64,000 bases of DNA from a virus (Duplodnaviria > Caudoviricetes), in IMG/VR virus record IMGVR_UViG_3300020185_001680, positions 1,727 to 65,726 of that record. One strand, given 5' to 3'. The notes under the pieces were generated by a model, which did no database searches, had not been told where the DNA came from, and saw nothing but the letters and a program-made list of their open reading frames with translations. Below are positions 1 through 10,076 of the stretch, piece after piece. The stretch's first letter is position 1. Every line of letters begins with the position of its first letter. The position numbers and the translations under genes were made by a program.

Positions 1-944
1 TTAAGGAATTCAAAATTCGTTTCATAATAAGTTTCTAACATGTCTTTAAGTTTTGTGTCGACTTTAACGGTGTACTGTAAACTAGCATACTTCATAGTCA
101 GTGGACCATAAGGCATTAGTTTTTGTCGAAGCTCTTTATCGTATTTATCATGACCGAAGAAACTTTTGAGTAATTCAATGCCAATTAACTTCTGCGTTGT
201 AGGTTTTATATCAAAACCTGCTTGTTTTATTGTACGCATTTCATACTGATAATACCTATGTGGGGCATTATCTACAAATTCTTGTGTAGCCATTTTGAAC
301 ACCTCACTGTAACTTTGCGTGAAGAACCAACTACTGTACATGTTTACATAATGTTCTTGGAAGTTAGTGTACTCTAGTCCGGCATGGGCCGCGGCATGTT
401 CCTGTGTTGCATGTGGTACAAAAGGCATGAAGCCATTGTTTTTACTTCTAGTCCATTCGCTATTACTAACATGCATCATAAATCCAGGATATACTAAACA
501 GCAATCTGGTAGTAGGTCAAAAAACTGTCCCACTATTGTCATTTGAGGTTGCGTGGTAGGGAAATGCTCTCCCCAATATAAAAAGTCTGGTCCGTCGAAT
601 AATGCAGGTACATCTATGTAAAATAATTCGTATGGTATATTTCTACTTTCACAATATGCAATAGTGCATTCGTTCTCACGTTTGCTTAAATTATTACTTA
701 AAATTGGAATAGCGGCTTTGAAATCGATGCCTGCCATCTTGAATGCCTGCATGGCAAGTTGTGAATACATGTGCTGTACACTGTAATCACACCACACATA
801 AATGTCTTTTGTATATTTTTCTCTAATTTTTATTGCTGTATTAATTGCTTCTTGCATAGGTGTGCCGGGCATAGTTTCCGGAGCATGTAAAAACATGTCA
901 ACATTTTGCCCACCACTGAACTCACTAAATGTTATTCCTCTCAT
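1..944 (-). CDS. Hypothetical protein (3'-truncated by window edge), weak resemblance to a degenerate PP-loop/adenine-nucleotide alpha-hydrolase fold
   Basis: Not in the ORF track. Read manually: ATG at 944-942 overlaps the TGA of the upstream gene (ATGA) and the frame stays open to base 1 (MRGITFSEFSGGQNVDMFLHAPE...DIYVWCDYSVQHMYSQLAMQAFKMAGIDFKAAI...IAYCESRNIPYELFYID). No canonical SGGxDS. Confidence 0.7.
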   Translation of the reverse strand, partial: MRGITFSEFSGGQNVDMFLHAPETMPGTPMQEAINTAIKIREKYTKDIYVWCDYSVQHMYSQLAMQAFKMAGIDFKAAIPILSNNLSKRENECTIAYCESRNIPYELFYIDVPALFDGPDFLYWGEHFPTTQPQMTIVGQFFDLLPDCCLVYPGFMMHVSNSEWTRSKNNGFMPFVPHATQEHAAAHAGLEYTNFQEHYVNMYSSWFFTQSYSEVFKMATQEFVDNAPHRYYQYEMRTIKQAGFDIKPTTQKLIGIELLKSFFGHDKYDKELRQKLMPYGPLTMKYASLQYTVKVDTKLKDMLETYYETNFEFL

Positions 945-2083
945 TCGTAACTCCTGTACAAATGTAAATCATTTAAGTTATAAGTTCTAATAAAAGGATC
1001 TCCTGGCTCTAATAGTTTAACTGGTCTTGCCATAGGCACCCAATATTCTCTTAACGTAAAGGGAGGTGCGTCATATGGTCGATTAAAATATTTTTGTTTT
1101 ACTTCTTCGTAACTAGGCTTAGAATCAGCATCGCAACTTATAATATGGTACTCGAACAGTTGCCCGTTTATATCTGCAAGTATTTTATGAAACATTGCTT
1201 CTTTGTATTTGAATGTGCCATATAACCATCCTACGTTAGGATCGAATGTTATGCCCCTTGGCATATTAGAATCTAATTCTATATTATCAACACCAACAAA
1301 ATCTTGTAGTGGTGCAGAACCGCTTAGTACACTTGTGACGTCACCTGGTCTACTAGGAAGTAAGTGTTCTCCTGCAATATATCTTAAGTTGGATACAGGA
1401 TTAAACTCATATAGTTTGTGGTTACTAGACGGCGTCTGTGCGAGTCTAAGAGGCCATGGCGCACTACGAATATGACTTTCACTGTAAAAGTCTAACTTGT
1501 ACTCTATTTCAAGTTCTTTGTTTGTCAATATTTCACAGACTCTATGTGCCGCTTCATTTGAGCAGTTTATGCCTGGAACCGTTATGTCGTATAAGTCTAT
1601 CCAGTTCTGATATTTGCCGTTATGCTTGTTGCCGCCTACTCTAATAACTCCGTCAACTGCAACAGGACTAATATCCAATACAGGTAAGTCTTGATTTCCT
1701 CCTGCACATACAACCTTATGTCCTGCCTCTAGTAGCCTATTAATCCTATAATCAACTATATAATTCCTATCCATTTGCCAACTAATGCATATAATCTGTG
1801 GTTCAGTAAATGCTAATAAGTCTAATTTTTCTATTAGGTGTACTAGTTTATCCTCGGCTTGAAGTACCGTGTAAGACGCTGTAAGACGTTCGTAGACGTC
1901 GATATAAGCACAATCGTTGTTGCTTTGCATACTTACAACATTGAAATTGCTAGTGATTTGATTAATTAAATCGTATTCGTTGAGTTGTACATCTAGAAGA
2001 TATGTATTATGATGTAATACTTTGATTACATCCACAGGTAAATTATCAGTTATTATTGATTGTTCGAATTGAAATAAGACCAT
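941..2083 (-). CDS. Degenerate subtilase (S8)-like domain plus putative Ig (He_PIG-like) domain protein
   Basis: IICISW...GHKVVCAGGNQ...ISPVAVDGVIRVGG mirrors the S8 VINMS/AAGN/SPA..VITVG blocks; MPRGITFDPNVGWLYGT mirrors the He_PIG motif; no DTG or HGT catalytic motifs. Confidence 0.5.
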   Translation of the reverse strand: MVLFQFEQSIITDNLPVDVIKVLHHNTYLLDVQLNEYDLINQITSNFNVVSMQSNNDCAYIDVYERLTASYTVLQAEDKLVHLIEKLDLLAFTEPQIICISWQMDRNYIVDYRINRLLEAGHKVVCAGGNQDLPVLDISPVAVDGVIRVGGNKHNGKYQNWIDLYDITVPGINCSNEAAHRVCEILTNKELEIEYKLDFYSESHIRSAPWPLRLAQTPSSNHKLYEFNPVSNLRYIAGEHLLPSRPGDVTSVLSGSAPLQDFVGVDNIELDSNMPRGITFDPNVGWLYGTFKYKEAMFHKILADINGQLFEYHIISCDADSKPSYEEVKQKYFNRPYDAPPFTLREYWVPMARPVKLLEPGDPFIRTYNLNDLHLYRSYE

Positions 2084-2088
2084 ACAGT

Positions 2089-2096
2089 TACTTATC
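2089..2096 (-). promoter_or_regulatory. Late promoter box GATAAGTA, 5 nt upstream of ATG
   Basis: Minus strand reads GATAAGTA-ACTGT-ATG; same geometry as ~10 other sites in the window. Confidence 0.6.
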
Positions 2097-2111
2097 TATA
2101 AGTAACAGTGG

Positions 2112-2375
2112 TTAACCTGCAAATACGGTACCCGAACCATTTGTTGTATGACCACACGAAGCACTATCACCATCTCTAGTAACTAACTTGCCTTCAGCAT
2201 ACACAGTACTACTTGACGACACTAATTTAGCAGAAACGTGAGGTGCTTCTCCGTGTGGTGCTTGGTTATCGTTGATAACTGATGTAGTTTTGCCTTCTGT
2301 TTTTACAGTAGGTGCCCCTGGTCCCATATTAGTTCCGCCGGCGGCATCTTGTAATACTCTGGTTACACCGGGCAT
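2112..2375 (-). CDS. PAAR-domain tail spike tip protein (T4 gp5.4-like)
   Basis: 87 aa; MPGVTRVLQD..., HGEAPH, SSTVYAEGKLVTRDGDSASCGH...GSGTVFAG are typical PAAR blocks. Confidence 0.9.
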   Translation of the reverse strand: MPGVTRVLQDAAGGTNMGPGAPTVKTEGKTTSVINDNQAPHGEAPHVSAKLVSSSSTVYAEGKLVTRDGDSASCGHTTNGSGTVFAG

Positions 2376-3499
2376 TATAAACTAAATCCTTTAAATGAAT
2401 CTTTGTCTACGTCTTGCTTTGTGCCGCCAATAACATAACTACTGATTTCAGTTTCTTGTGGTGCTACTTGTACTTCTCCGCCACTGATCCATTTCTGTGT
2501 CCAAGGTAAAGGATTTGTGCCAGTGTTGAAATCTGTTTCAATTTGTGCCGCTCTCATACGTTTGCCTGCAATAAACTCAATGTATTGCTTTAGTAGTTCT
2601 GCATTAAGACCAATTATACTACCGTCTTTGAACAAGTAGTCTGCCCATGCTTTTTCCTGCTCTACTGCATCTAAGAACATTGCTTTACATTCTTCTTTTG
2701 TTTCTTCTTTGATCTTTGCAAAGTCTTTATCGTCTGCAGGTAATAATTTTAACATTGTTTGTGTACTAGCCAAATGCACATTTTCATCTCTAGCAATAAA
2801 CTTAATAATTTTAGCATTACCTTCCATCTTTTTAAGTTCTGCAAATGCCCAACTACATGCAAATGATACATAAAAGCGTACACCTTCAAGTATGTTTACA
2901 CTCATGATACATAACCATAATGCTTTCTTATGCTCGTATTCATTGTAACTTGTTAGTCCACGTTCTCTTAATAAATTGTGTTGTATGAGTGCATCATATG
3001 TTGATGTAATACTATCAGCACAATCGGTAATTTGTTTCATCTTTGTCATTTCATCAAAAACTTTGCTCGGGTCAGGATATACGTTTCTGATAATATGTGT
3101 GTAACTTCTACTGTGAATTGTTTCACTGAATGCCCAAGTTTCAATCCAAGTCTCTAACTCAGGTATTCCTACTATAGGCAAGAAAGCAAGATTAGGTGAA
3201 CGACCTTGTACACTATCAAGTAGTATTTGTCGCTTTAAGTTACTGGTAAAGATATGCTTCTCAAAATCCGTTAGATCTTTGAAGTCTTTGGCATCTTTTA
3301 CAATGTCAACTTCTTCAGGTCTCCAAAAGAAACCTAATTGCTTCTCTGTAAACTTTTCAAACTGTCTATATTTAACAACATCAAAACGTTGTACGCCAGG
3401 TGTTCCATTCGCATCTAGGAACATTTTTGCTTTAGTGTGGTCTGTTTTGTTTGTTAAATCTAGTACGCTCATCTTTTTCTTTTTCTTTTGCTTTTGCAA
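2375..3499 (-). CDS. nrdB: Ribonucleotide reductase class Ia beta subunit
   Basis: FFWRPEEVD, QILLDSVQGR, SETIHSRSYTHI, LEGVRFYVSFACSWAF, RDENVH, APQETEISSY. Start may be TTG 3499 or ATG ~3472. Confidence 0.97.
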   Translation of the reverse strand: MQKQKKKKKMSVLDLTNKTDHTKAKMFLDANGTPGVQRFDVVKYRQFEKFTEKQLGFFWRPEEVDIVKDAKDFKDLTDFEKHIFTSNLKRQILLDSVQGRSPNLAFLPIVGIPELETWIETWAFSETIHSRSYTHIIRNVYPDPSKVFDEMTKMKQITDCADSITSTYDALIQHNLLRERGLTSYNEYEHKKALWLCIMSVNILEGVRFYVSFACSWAFAELKKMEGNAKIIKFIARDENVHLASTQTMLKLLPADDKDFAKIKEETKEECKAMFLDAVEQEKAWADYLFKDGSIIGLNAELLKQYIEFIAGKRMRAAQIETDFNTGTNPLPWTQKWISGGEVQVAPQETEISSYVIGGTKQDVDKDSFKGFSL

Positions 3500-3516
3500 A
3501 TCTTAATTTCCTTTTG

Positions 3517-5808
3517 TTATATTTTACAACTCTCACAATCCTCATCATCTACAAATGTAGTGGTGGGTAACGATTGTTGTGCATCATCTTTATTGATATC
3601 TATCTCGCCTTGTCCATCGTATGTGTTGTTGTAGTATAACTGCTTGCCACCATATTTATAAAACATTATAAGATGTTGTAGCAAAACAGACATCGGAACC
3701 TTTTCATCTTCAAAGTGTTCTGGATTGTAAGATGTATTTACCGAAATACCTTGATCTATGTACTTTTGAAGAACAGCCATAATCTTAATATAACCCTCTG
3801 GGCTCTTTTGATCCCACAGTAAATCATACTTGTTTTTCAGTCTAGGATAACCTGGTACTACTTGTTTCAACACACCATGCTTACTTTGTTTAACACTGAT
3901 GTAACTGCGTGGTGGTTCAATACCGTTTGTGCTGTTACTAATCTGTGCTGATGTTTCTGCTGGCATAAGTGCCATTAGTGTTGAATTACGGATACCTGTT
4001 TCTTTGAGTTGCTTACGCAATCCTTTCCAATCCTGTCTTTCTTTATGCTTTACTAACTCGTCAACATCTGATTTGTATGTTTGGTTAGGTGTAATACCGT
4101 GTCCGTATTTTGTTTCCATATTTTTAGCAATTGCGCCTTTCTCAATGGCTAAGTTTGCACTTGCTTTGATTAAGAAGTAACTCCATGCTTCAGCCCATTC
4201 GTCTACTAACTCTAAGTTAGGATCTTGATATGTTGTGTCATTCTTTGCTAACCAATATGCAAAGTTAATAATACCAACACCTAGTGGGCGTCTGTTCATG
4301 GTACTAAGTTCTGCGGCAATTACAGGATACTCCTGATAGTCTAGCAATTCGTCTAAACCTCTAACTGCTAAGTCGCATACTTTTTCAAAGTCTTCAGGCT
4401 TTTTAATTGCTCCCCAATTGATTGCACTTAACGTACACAAACTAATCTCACCTTCTTCGTCATTGATATGTGATAATGGTTTAGTAGGTAAGTTAATTTC
4501 ACAACAAAGATTACTTTGTTTAATTGGTGCTTCTGATTCTATAAATGCACCATGTGTATTTGCATGGTCAACATTCATTAAGTATATTCTACCTGTGTCT
4601 TTTCTTTCTTGTACAAAGTTGCTGAACAACTCTACAGCAGGAATACTTTTGTATCTAATGTCTGTGCGTTCTTCTGCTTGTTCATACAATCTTGTAAATT
4701 CTTCTTGGTCATTAAAGAATGCATCATACAATCCTGGAACATCACTTGGTGAGAATAACGTAATGTCTCCACCACTTAATAATCTTTCGTACATCAACTT
4801 GTTAAACTGTACACCATAGTCCATATGACGTACTCTGTTATCCTCTGTACCTTTGTTGTTCTTTAGTACAAGCATGTCTTCAATTTCTAAATGCCAAATA
4901 GGATAGTATAATGTAGCCGCTCCGCCTCTTACTCCACCTTGTGAGCATGACTTAACTGCTGATTGGAATAGTTTATAGAAGGGGATAACTCCTGTGTGAG
5001 TTGCGTCTCCACTCCTAATCTTAGAGCCGATTGCTCTAATACTTCCTGCACCAATACCAATACCAGCCTTTTGACTTACATACTTAACTACGGCACTACT
5101 TGTTGCGTTAATGCTATCTAAACTATCATCAGTTTCAATAAGCACACAACTACTAAACTGTCGTTGTGGTGTACGCACACCTGCCATAACTGGCGTAGGT
5201 AAAGATATTTTAAAAGTACTAATAGCATCATAATATGCTTTCACATACTTCATCCTAGTGTCTGCTGGATACTTACTAAACAATGTAGCCGCTATCATTA
5301 TATATGCTACTTGTGGTGTTTCAAATAGTTCACCTGTTGCTCTGTTCTGTACAAGGTACTTACCACGGAATTGTTCCATAGCCGCATAAGTTAAATACTC
5401 GTCTCTACTATGGTCAATGTATTCTTGTAATTGATTTATTTCATCCTTAGTGTATAGTTCTGTAAACTCTTTGTCGTAAAATCCAATATCAATATTCTTA
5501 TCGATAATGTCACATAAGCAAGGAGGAGTAAACGTACCATAAACTTTTTTTCTTAAATGATAGTTGATGAGTCTTCCACCCACATATTGGTAGTTCGGTG
5601 ACTCTTCACTGATGAGGTCTGCCGCACTTTTAATAAGGGTCTCTTGAATATCTGTTGATGTAATTTTATCGAAAAATTGGATGTGTGAGTTAATTTCTAC
5701 TTCTGACGCACTAACTCCTGTTATGCCTTCGACGGCATACATAACAACTTTGTGTAACTTATCAATATTTAAGTCTTCTAGTTGTCCGTCTCTTTTCTGT
5801 ACCTGCAT
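3517..5808 (-). CDS. nrdA: Ribonucleotide reductase class Ia alpha subunit with ATP cone
   Basis: N-terminal VQKRDG ATP cone, PTPVMAG, QFSSCVL, SNLCCEI, PAETSAQ, LYY, C-terminal CESCKI. Confidence 0.98.
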   Translation of the reverse strand: MQVQKRDGQLEDLNIDKLHKVVMYAVEGITGVSASEVEINSHIQFFDKITSTDIQETLIKSAADLISEESPNYQYVGGRLINYHLRKKVYGTFTPPCLCDIIDKNIDIGFYDKEFTELYTKDEINQLQEYIDHSRDEYLTYAAMEQFRGKYLVQNRATGELFETPQVAYIMIAATLFSKYPADTRMKYVKAYYDAISTFKISLPTPVMAGVRTPQRQFSSCVLIETDDSLDSINATSSAVVKYVSQKAGIGIGAGSIRAIGSKIRSGDATHTGVIPFYKLFQSAVKSCSQGGVRGGAATLYYPIWHLEIEDMLVLKNNKGTEDNRVRHMDYGVQFNKLMYERLLSGGDITLFSPSDVPGLYDAFFNDQEEFTRLYEQAEERTDIRYKSIPAVELFSNFVQERKDTGRIYLMNVDHANTHGAFIESEAPIKQSNLCCEINLPTKPLSHINDEEGEISLCTLSAINWGAIKKPEDFEKVCDLAVRGLDELLDYQEYPVIAAELSTMNRRPLGVGIINFAYWLAKNDTTYQDPNLELVDEWAEAWSYFLIKASANLAIEKGAIAKNMETKYGHGITPNQTYKSDVDELVKHKERQDWKGLRKQLKETGIRNSTLMALMPAETSAQISNSTNGIEPPRSYISVKQSKHGVLKQVVPGYPRLKNKYDLLWDQKSPEGYIKIMAVLQKYIDQGISVNTSYNPEHFEDEKVPMSVLLQHLIMFYKYGGKQLYYNNTYDGQGEIDINKDDAQQSLPTTTFVDDEDCESCKI

Positions 5809-5846
5809 TGTTTATCCTGTAAAATGTTCTGTATCTTAGTTTTCCT

Positions 5847-5874
5847 ATTATAGCACATTTTGAATCAATGTCAA
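5847..5874 (-). promoter_or_regulatory. Sigma70-type promoter upstream of nrdA
   Basis: TTGACA-16 nt-TATAAT with extended -10 (TGC TATAAT). Confidence 0.75.
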
Positions 5875-5876
5875 GA

Positions 5877-6302
5877 TTAAATAATAGGAACTTCTATGTT
5901 TTTTAAGTCCTGTAATACGATATACTTGTCTTCATTATCAGCAAATAATATCTTATGTCCAGGGCTCAGATTATAAGCATATCCATCGGATATAAAGATT
6001 GCTCCATCTTTTCCTGTAACATGATTACTTATCACTTTCCACTCTGTTTTGCTCGGATCTATGAACTTTAAATTCGACAAAACATTGTATAGCAGTATAG
6101 AAACTCCTGTGGTACAGAAATAACCGTTTTCAATAATATCAAAAGGAGCCATCCAGTCTTTAGGAGTCCAGTAGTCTAAGTATCTGTTGTGGATTTTAAT
6201 TTCAGCAAAGTATTCTAATACATCTGCTTCTGTTTTAGATTCACGTCTGATCGTTCTAAACTCTTTCAGACGTTTTTCAACATCGGTGGTTTTATCGAAC
6301 AT
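5877..6302 (-). CDS. Hypothetical protein
   Basis: 141-aa ORF packed in the minus-strand run; no recognised motif. Confidence 0.7.
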   Translation of the reverse strand: MFDKTTDVEKRLKEFRTIRRESKTEADVLEYFAEIKIHNRYLDYWTPKDWMAPFDIIENGYFCTTGVSILLYNVLSNLKFIDPSKTEWKVISNHVTGKDGAIFISDGYAYNLSPGHKILFADNEDKYIVLQDLKNIEVPII

Positions 6303-6311
6303 ATCCGGTTC

Positions 6312-8990
6312 TTATTGAGACTTCCACTTACGAACAACATATTTCATTACTGCGTTACTAGTAGGAGGTGTAACATTGTTGTCAGCGGAAATAGAAACAG
6401 TACCGTTTGCAATTGCACCGCTAAATTCAATGGACCCCGAGTAATATGCGTTACCAGTGGCTAAGTTTGTGTCGTGTGCTGAACTTGATACATCTTGTAA
6501 TAAGACCGATCCAGAAATATTGCCGGCGGCATCTGTGCCTGCAAGTGGGTTAGCATTGTAAAATAATGTACCAGTTTGGTTGTAGTATCTTGTTACAGCA
6601 CTGTTAGAACTGTCTAATGCTTGACCAACTATTGAATAGTCAATAAACAATGTGTCAATAGCAGTTGCATCAGTACCTAAGTCTGTAAGAGCAATACCTG
6701 TACCAGCACCAATTGTTAATTGCTGTGGCTGTGAATAAAATGTTTCTGATTGCCCTAATTCTAATGATTGAGTTGTAAGCATCTCAATATTAGTTTTAAT
6801 TGTTACTAATCCTCTTTTATCGGGATCGTTAGTTTTAAAGTATAATCTATTAACTAGCTCTGCAAAACTGCCAGCTTCATCACTACTGTCAAAGTTAATC
6901 TCGCCATTAGTTGTATCAACATCAATTTGCCATGTGCCTAATGCTTGAACATTTGCACTATTACTATACTTGTTGTTGATAAACACATCATTCACTATGT
7001 TTACTTTTTCGTCATTTAATACTTTGTCCAGCCAAACTTCTAATTTTGCTTTAATTGTATTACCTGATCTTGTTGCATGTGTGCCTGTTGTAAATCCTAA
7101 AGCACCAAATGAGTCTACAGTATCCTGTGGATCATTAATAATTCTATACTGAGTTTGGTCATCACTGGTGATATAAATCTCATCAGTTGTGCCGGGTTTT
7201 AAACTAAGGTTAAACCATTGGTTCTTGCCGTTAATTAAAGATATAATGCCGTTAACTGTTGTTTCACTAGAAACATCTAGTAAGTATGCCGGCTTAATAG
7301 TTAATTCGTCATCTGCTATCAAGTCTGGTAAGTTTGGATTAAAGTTACCTGTAACATTGGAATCTACTTCTGCATTTGCATCTATATAAAATGTATTACT
7401 TGTTATAATACTACCTGATAAAGTAAAGTTTGCATTGTTAATTTTAGCCGTATCTGAACTGCTGGTCGTAATAATACCAGTTGATATGTTTGCTATATCA
7501 AATCCATGATCTTCACTGTAAATTTGAATAGTGTCTGAACCTGTCGTTTGACCTCTGTTAATGAAATCAAGTCCGCTAGTAATACCGCCTGTTACATTTG
7601 CTTCTGTAATAGTAAACTTGTTTAGTCCCGGTGATACTGTTACTACTGGATACTCACCACTTAACTGTGCATTACCATAAAACTCTACCTTATCTCCAAC
7701 AAGAACACCTGTAACATCAGGAGTGGTAAGTGTAACTGTGTTACTTGAATCAACTGCCGCTGTTACACTTCTACCTGTTGACCATGCATTGGATGGTAAT
7801 GTCACACTAAACGTATTAGCAACACTGTTTGCTGAAATTGGTAGCAGTTTTTTATGATACCATGAACTCACTGTTGAAGGAGGATTGCCAGCAGTATGTG
7901 TTGCACCTTCTGTCCATACATAACCGAAACTGCCTGAAGAAGCATTTGCAAGTTCTGTAAATATAATGTTCTCTTGTCCTGTATCAAATGTAATTGTTGA
8001 ATTAGCAACATCTACTGTTGATGTAACTCTGCCTATTCCACTATAAGTTACATCTGAAGTTCCTGCACCAACACTTAAACTTGGATCTGCAGGGTCTTTA
8101 ACAAAAACAACATTAGCACTTGCAATACTGCTAGTGTTAGCAATACCAAGTCCTTCTGTAACTACGTCAATATGTTTCTTTTCTAACCCAATGAAGCCTG
8201 TGCCTACTTGTGGATTAACTAAAACTAAGTCTGGGTCAATCTGTCTATAACTAGGAATACTTTGATCTGCATAGAAACCAGTTGTAGTGGCTCCACTTGC
8301 AATAACAGTATTTGAAATAATATGATTAACGTGCGTGTTGCCATAATATGTAATTGCAACATCATCTGAATTTTGTGGGGCAAAGCCTAAATACAACGAG
8401 TGGTCTGCTGTAGAAGTATTAGCACTTATAAAGTTATAATCGTATGCTGTGTTTACTATAGCACCTGTACCACTGCTATCACCATCTTGTTTTACACCAT
8501 TAAGTAAAACTGTGATATCATCTGCTGTAAAGGATCTGCTTGTTTGGTTTTGATTAATAAAGTTTGCACCACTAACTGTGCTATCGAACACTGTTCTTAC
8601 CACAGCATTACCATCTGCATCTGTTAAATTTGTACTACTAATCAGTGTGGTGTTTGCTTTCCAAGACTTAGATTTACTCACACCATCGAAGCCCTGCAGG
8701 CTCGAGCCTTTTGGGTATCTAATATGTGGAACTGTGAACTTGATAATTTGACTATTTGCTAAACTTAATGTTCTAGCAGAAGCACCCAATGTGCCTTCTA
8801 ATGTTACAGTCTTATTATACGTTGCACTAATGGCATCGTCAGTGTCAGCGCCGATATAAACTTGCTTACTGTCAGTAGCAAAACCAATCTCTCCAGGTCT
8901 AAGTGGATGCGGTAGATCCTGCTTTAATCCACGCCTTTGCTGAATTCTGCTGATAATAATTTTTAAATTTGCATTGTCTTGATGTGACAC
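6312..8990 (-). CDS. Virion structural / tail-fibre-associated protein with Mtd-N-like N-terminus
   Basis: RIQQRRGLKQDLPHPLRPGEIGFATDSKQVYIG N-terminal motif; Thr/Ser/Asn/Gly-rich beta-rich body; late box at 9021-9028 and GGAG RBS before GTG. Confidence 0.7.
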   Translation of the reverse strand: MSHQDNANLKIIISRIQQRRGLKQDLPHPLRPGEIGFATDSKQVYIGADTDDAISATYNKTVTLEGTLGASARTLSLANSQIIKFTVPHIRYPKGSSLQGFDGVSKSKSWKANTTLISSTNLTDADGNAVVRTVFDSTVSGANFINQNQTSRSFTADDITVLLNGVKQDGDSSGTGAIVNTAYDYNFISANTSTADHSLYLGFAPQNSDDVAITYYGNTHVNHIISNTVIASGATTTGFYADQSIPSYRQIDPDLVLVNPQVGTGFIGLEKKHIDVVTEGLGIANTSSIASANVVFVKDPADPSLSVGAGTSDVTYSGIGRVTSTVDVANSTITFDTGQENIIFTELANASSGSFGYVWTEGATHTAGNPPSTVSSWYHKKLLPISANSVANTFSVTLPSNAWSTGRSVTAAVDSSNTVTLTTPDVTGVLVGDKVEFYGNAQLSGEYPVVTVSPGLNKFTITEANVTGGITSGLDFINRGQTTGSDTIQIYSEDHGFDIANISTGIITTSSSDTAKINNANFTLSGSIITSNTFYIDANAEVDSNVTGNFNPNLPDLIADDELTIKPAYLLDVSSETTVNGIISLINGKNQWFNLSLKPGTTDEIYITSDDQTQYRIINDPQDTVDSFGALGFTTGTHATRSGNTIKAKLEVWLDKVLNDEKVNIVNDVFINNKYSNSANVQALGTWQIDVDTTNGEINFDSSDEAGSFAELVNRLYFKTNDPDKRGLVTIKTNIEMLTTQSLELGQSETFYSQPQQLTIGAGTGIALTDLGTDATAIDTLFIDYSIVGQALDSSNSAVTRYYNQTGTLFYNANPLAGTDAAGNISGSVLLQDVSSSAHDTNLATGNAYYSGSIEFSGAIANGTVSISADNNVTPPTSNAVMKYVVRKWKSQ

Positions 8991-9047
8991 TATGTAAACT
9001 CCAATATGTTCTTATAAATGTATTTATCACTTTGAGCTAATCTAGTT

Positions 9048-10076
9048 TCAGATCCTGCACAAAGATTTACCCGAACATGGAGTTTTTGGTGTAAAATGAT
9101 CTACGAACTGCTGTGGCATAGATTCAATGCCGTCATATATTGAATTAATGCACTGTAATTCATCGATATTATGGTTTATAAACTTATGGAATTCATCAGT
9201 CCAACTAAATTGTTCTTTCCATTCTTCGGATCCATAAACTAGATCCTTTGTCATATTGCAACCTCTAATGGTTACGTCTTTTACTGTTAAAGCAAATAAG
9301 TTAGGGCCGCCGCCTGGTGCTAAATCTTGATACAAAGACATAACCCCACAATAAGACATTATACCACTGTAGGACATATTTTGTAATGCACCAAAGAAAT
9401 AGTTGTTGCCGACATTCTCATGGTAAGCATCAAAGGGTTCACATTGTTCTTGTATAATTTTTTTTATTTTTAGTACGGAAGTTTTACGAGGCACAACAAC
9501 ACCAGTACCTCCCAATTGGGTTATTAGGTCTGCTTTTTCCTGTGTACTTGTTAAGCCGTATGCTTTAACTCCCATAAGGTTTGCAAACTGTACAACCATG
9601 TTACCGACGCCGCCGGTTGCACCGCTAACACCTAGTATTTGGCCTTTGCTTACATTTAGAACTTTAGTTAAGGAATAGTATGCTGTCCTTCCCACTAAAC
9701 TATAAAATGTTAAATATTTTTTTAGATCAATATTGGCGGGTATAACAAAATGCTCTGTATCGCTATTGCCTATTGCATGTGTGCGCCAACCCTTTTTGTG
9801 CCACATGTGAGTGCCGACTGGAAAGTCTACATTTTTACTTTCAATAACTTCGCCTACAGACTCACCTGGTATGCCTTCATTCAATGTTACCATTGGATAG
9901 TTAGGAAACACTTCTCCTGGATTCATCGAAATACGCATGTAGGGATCTGTACCACAGTAAATATTCTTTACTAAGTATTCACCGTCTTGTAATTCTGGAA
10001 GTTCCATGTCGACAACAGCAAAGTTGTCTACACTAATTTCACCTACTGCATGTTGTACTAAGACTACTTGCTTCAT
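9048..10076 (-). CDS. NADP-dependent oxidoreductase, MDR superfamily (PTGR/CurA-like)
   Basis: DPYMRISM, VGEVIESKNVDFPVG, GATGGVG nucleotide-binding motif, ENVG. Start revised to ATG 10076 (MKQVVL), ATGA-coupled to the upstream gene. Confidence 0.85.
   Translation of the reverse strand: MKQVVLVQHAVGEISVDNFAVVDMELPELQDGEYLVKNIYCGTDPYMRISMNPGEVFPNYPMVTLNEGIPGESVGEVIESKNVDFPVGTHMWHKKGWRTHAIGNSDTEHFVIPANIDLKKYLTFYSLVGRTAYYSLTKVLNVSKGQILGVSGATGGVGNMVVQFANLMGVKAYGLTSTQEKADLITQLGGTGVVVPRKTSVLKIKKIIQEQCEPFDAYHENVGNNYFFGALQNMSYSGIMSYCGVMSLYQDLAPGGGPNLFALTVKDVTIRGCNMTKDLVYGSEEWKEQFSWTDEFHKFINHNIDELQCINSIYDGIESMPQQFVDHFTPKTPCSGKSLCRI

Noticed and set aside
2375-5808. Introns or inteins in nrdA/nrdB (also considered for terL, helicase, uvsX, thyX)
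   Set aside because: All are uninterrupted and of normal length; no homing endonuclease or splice motifs seen.
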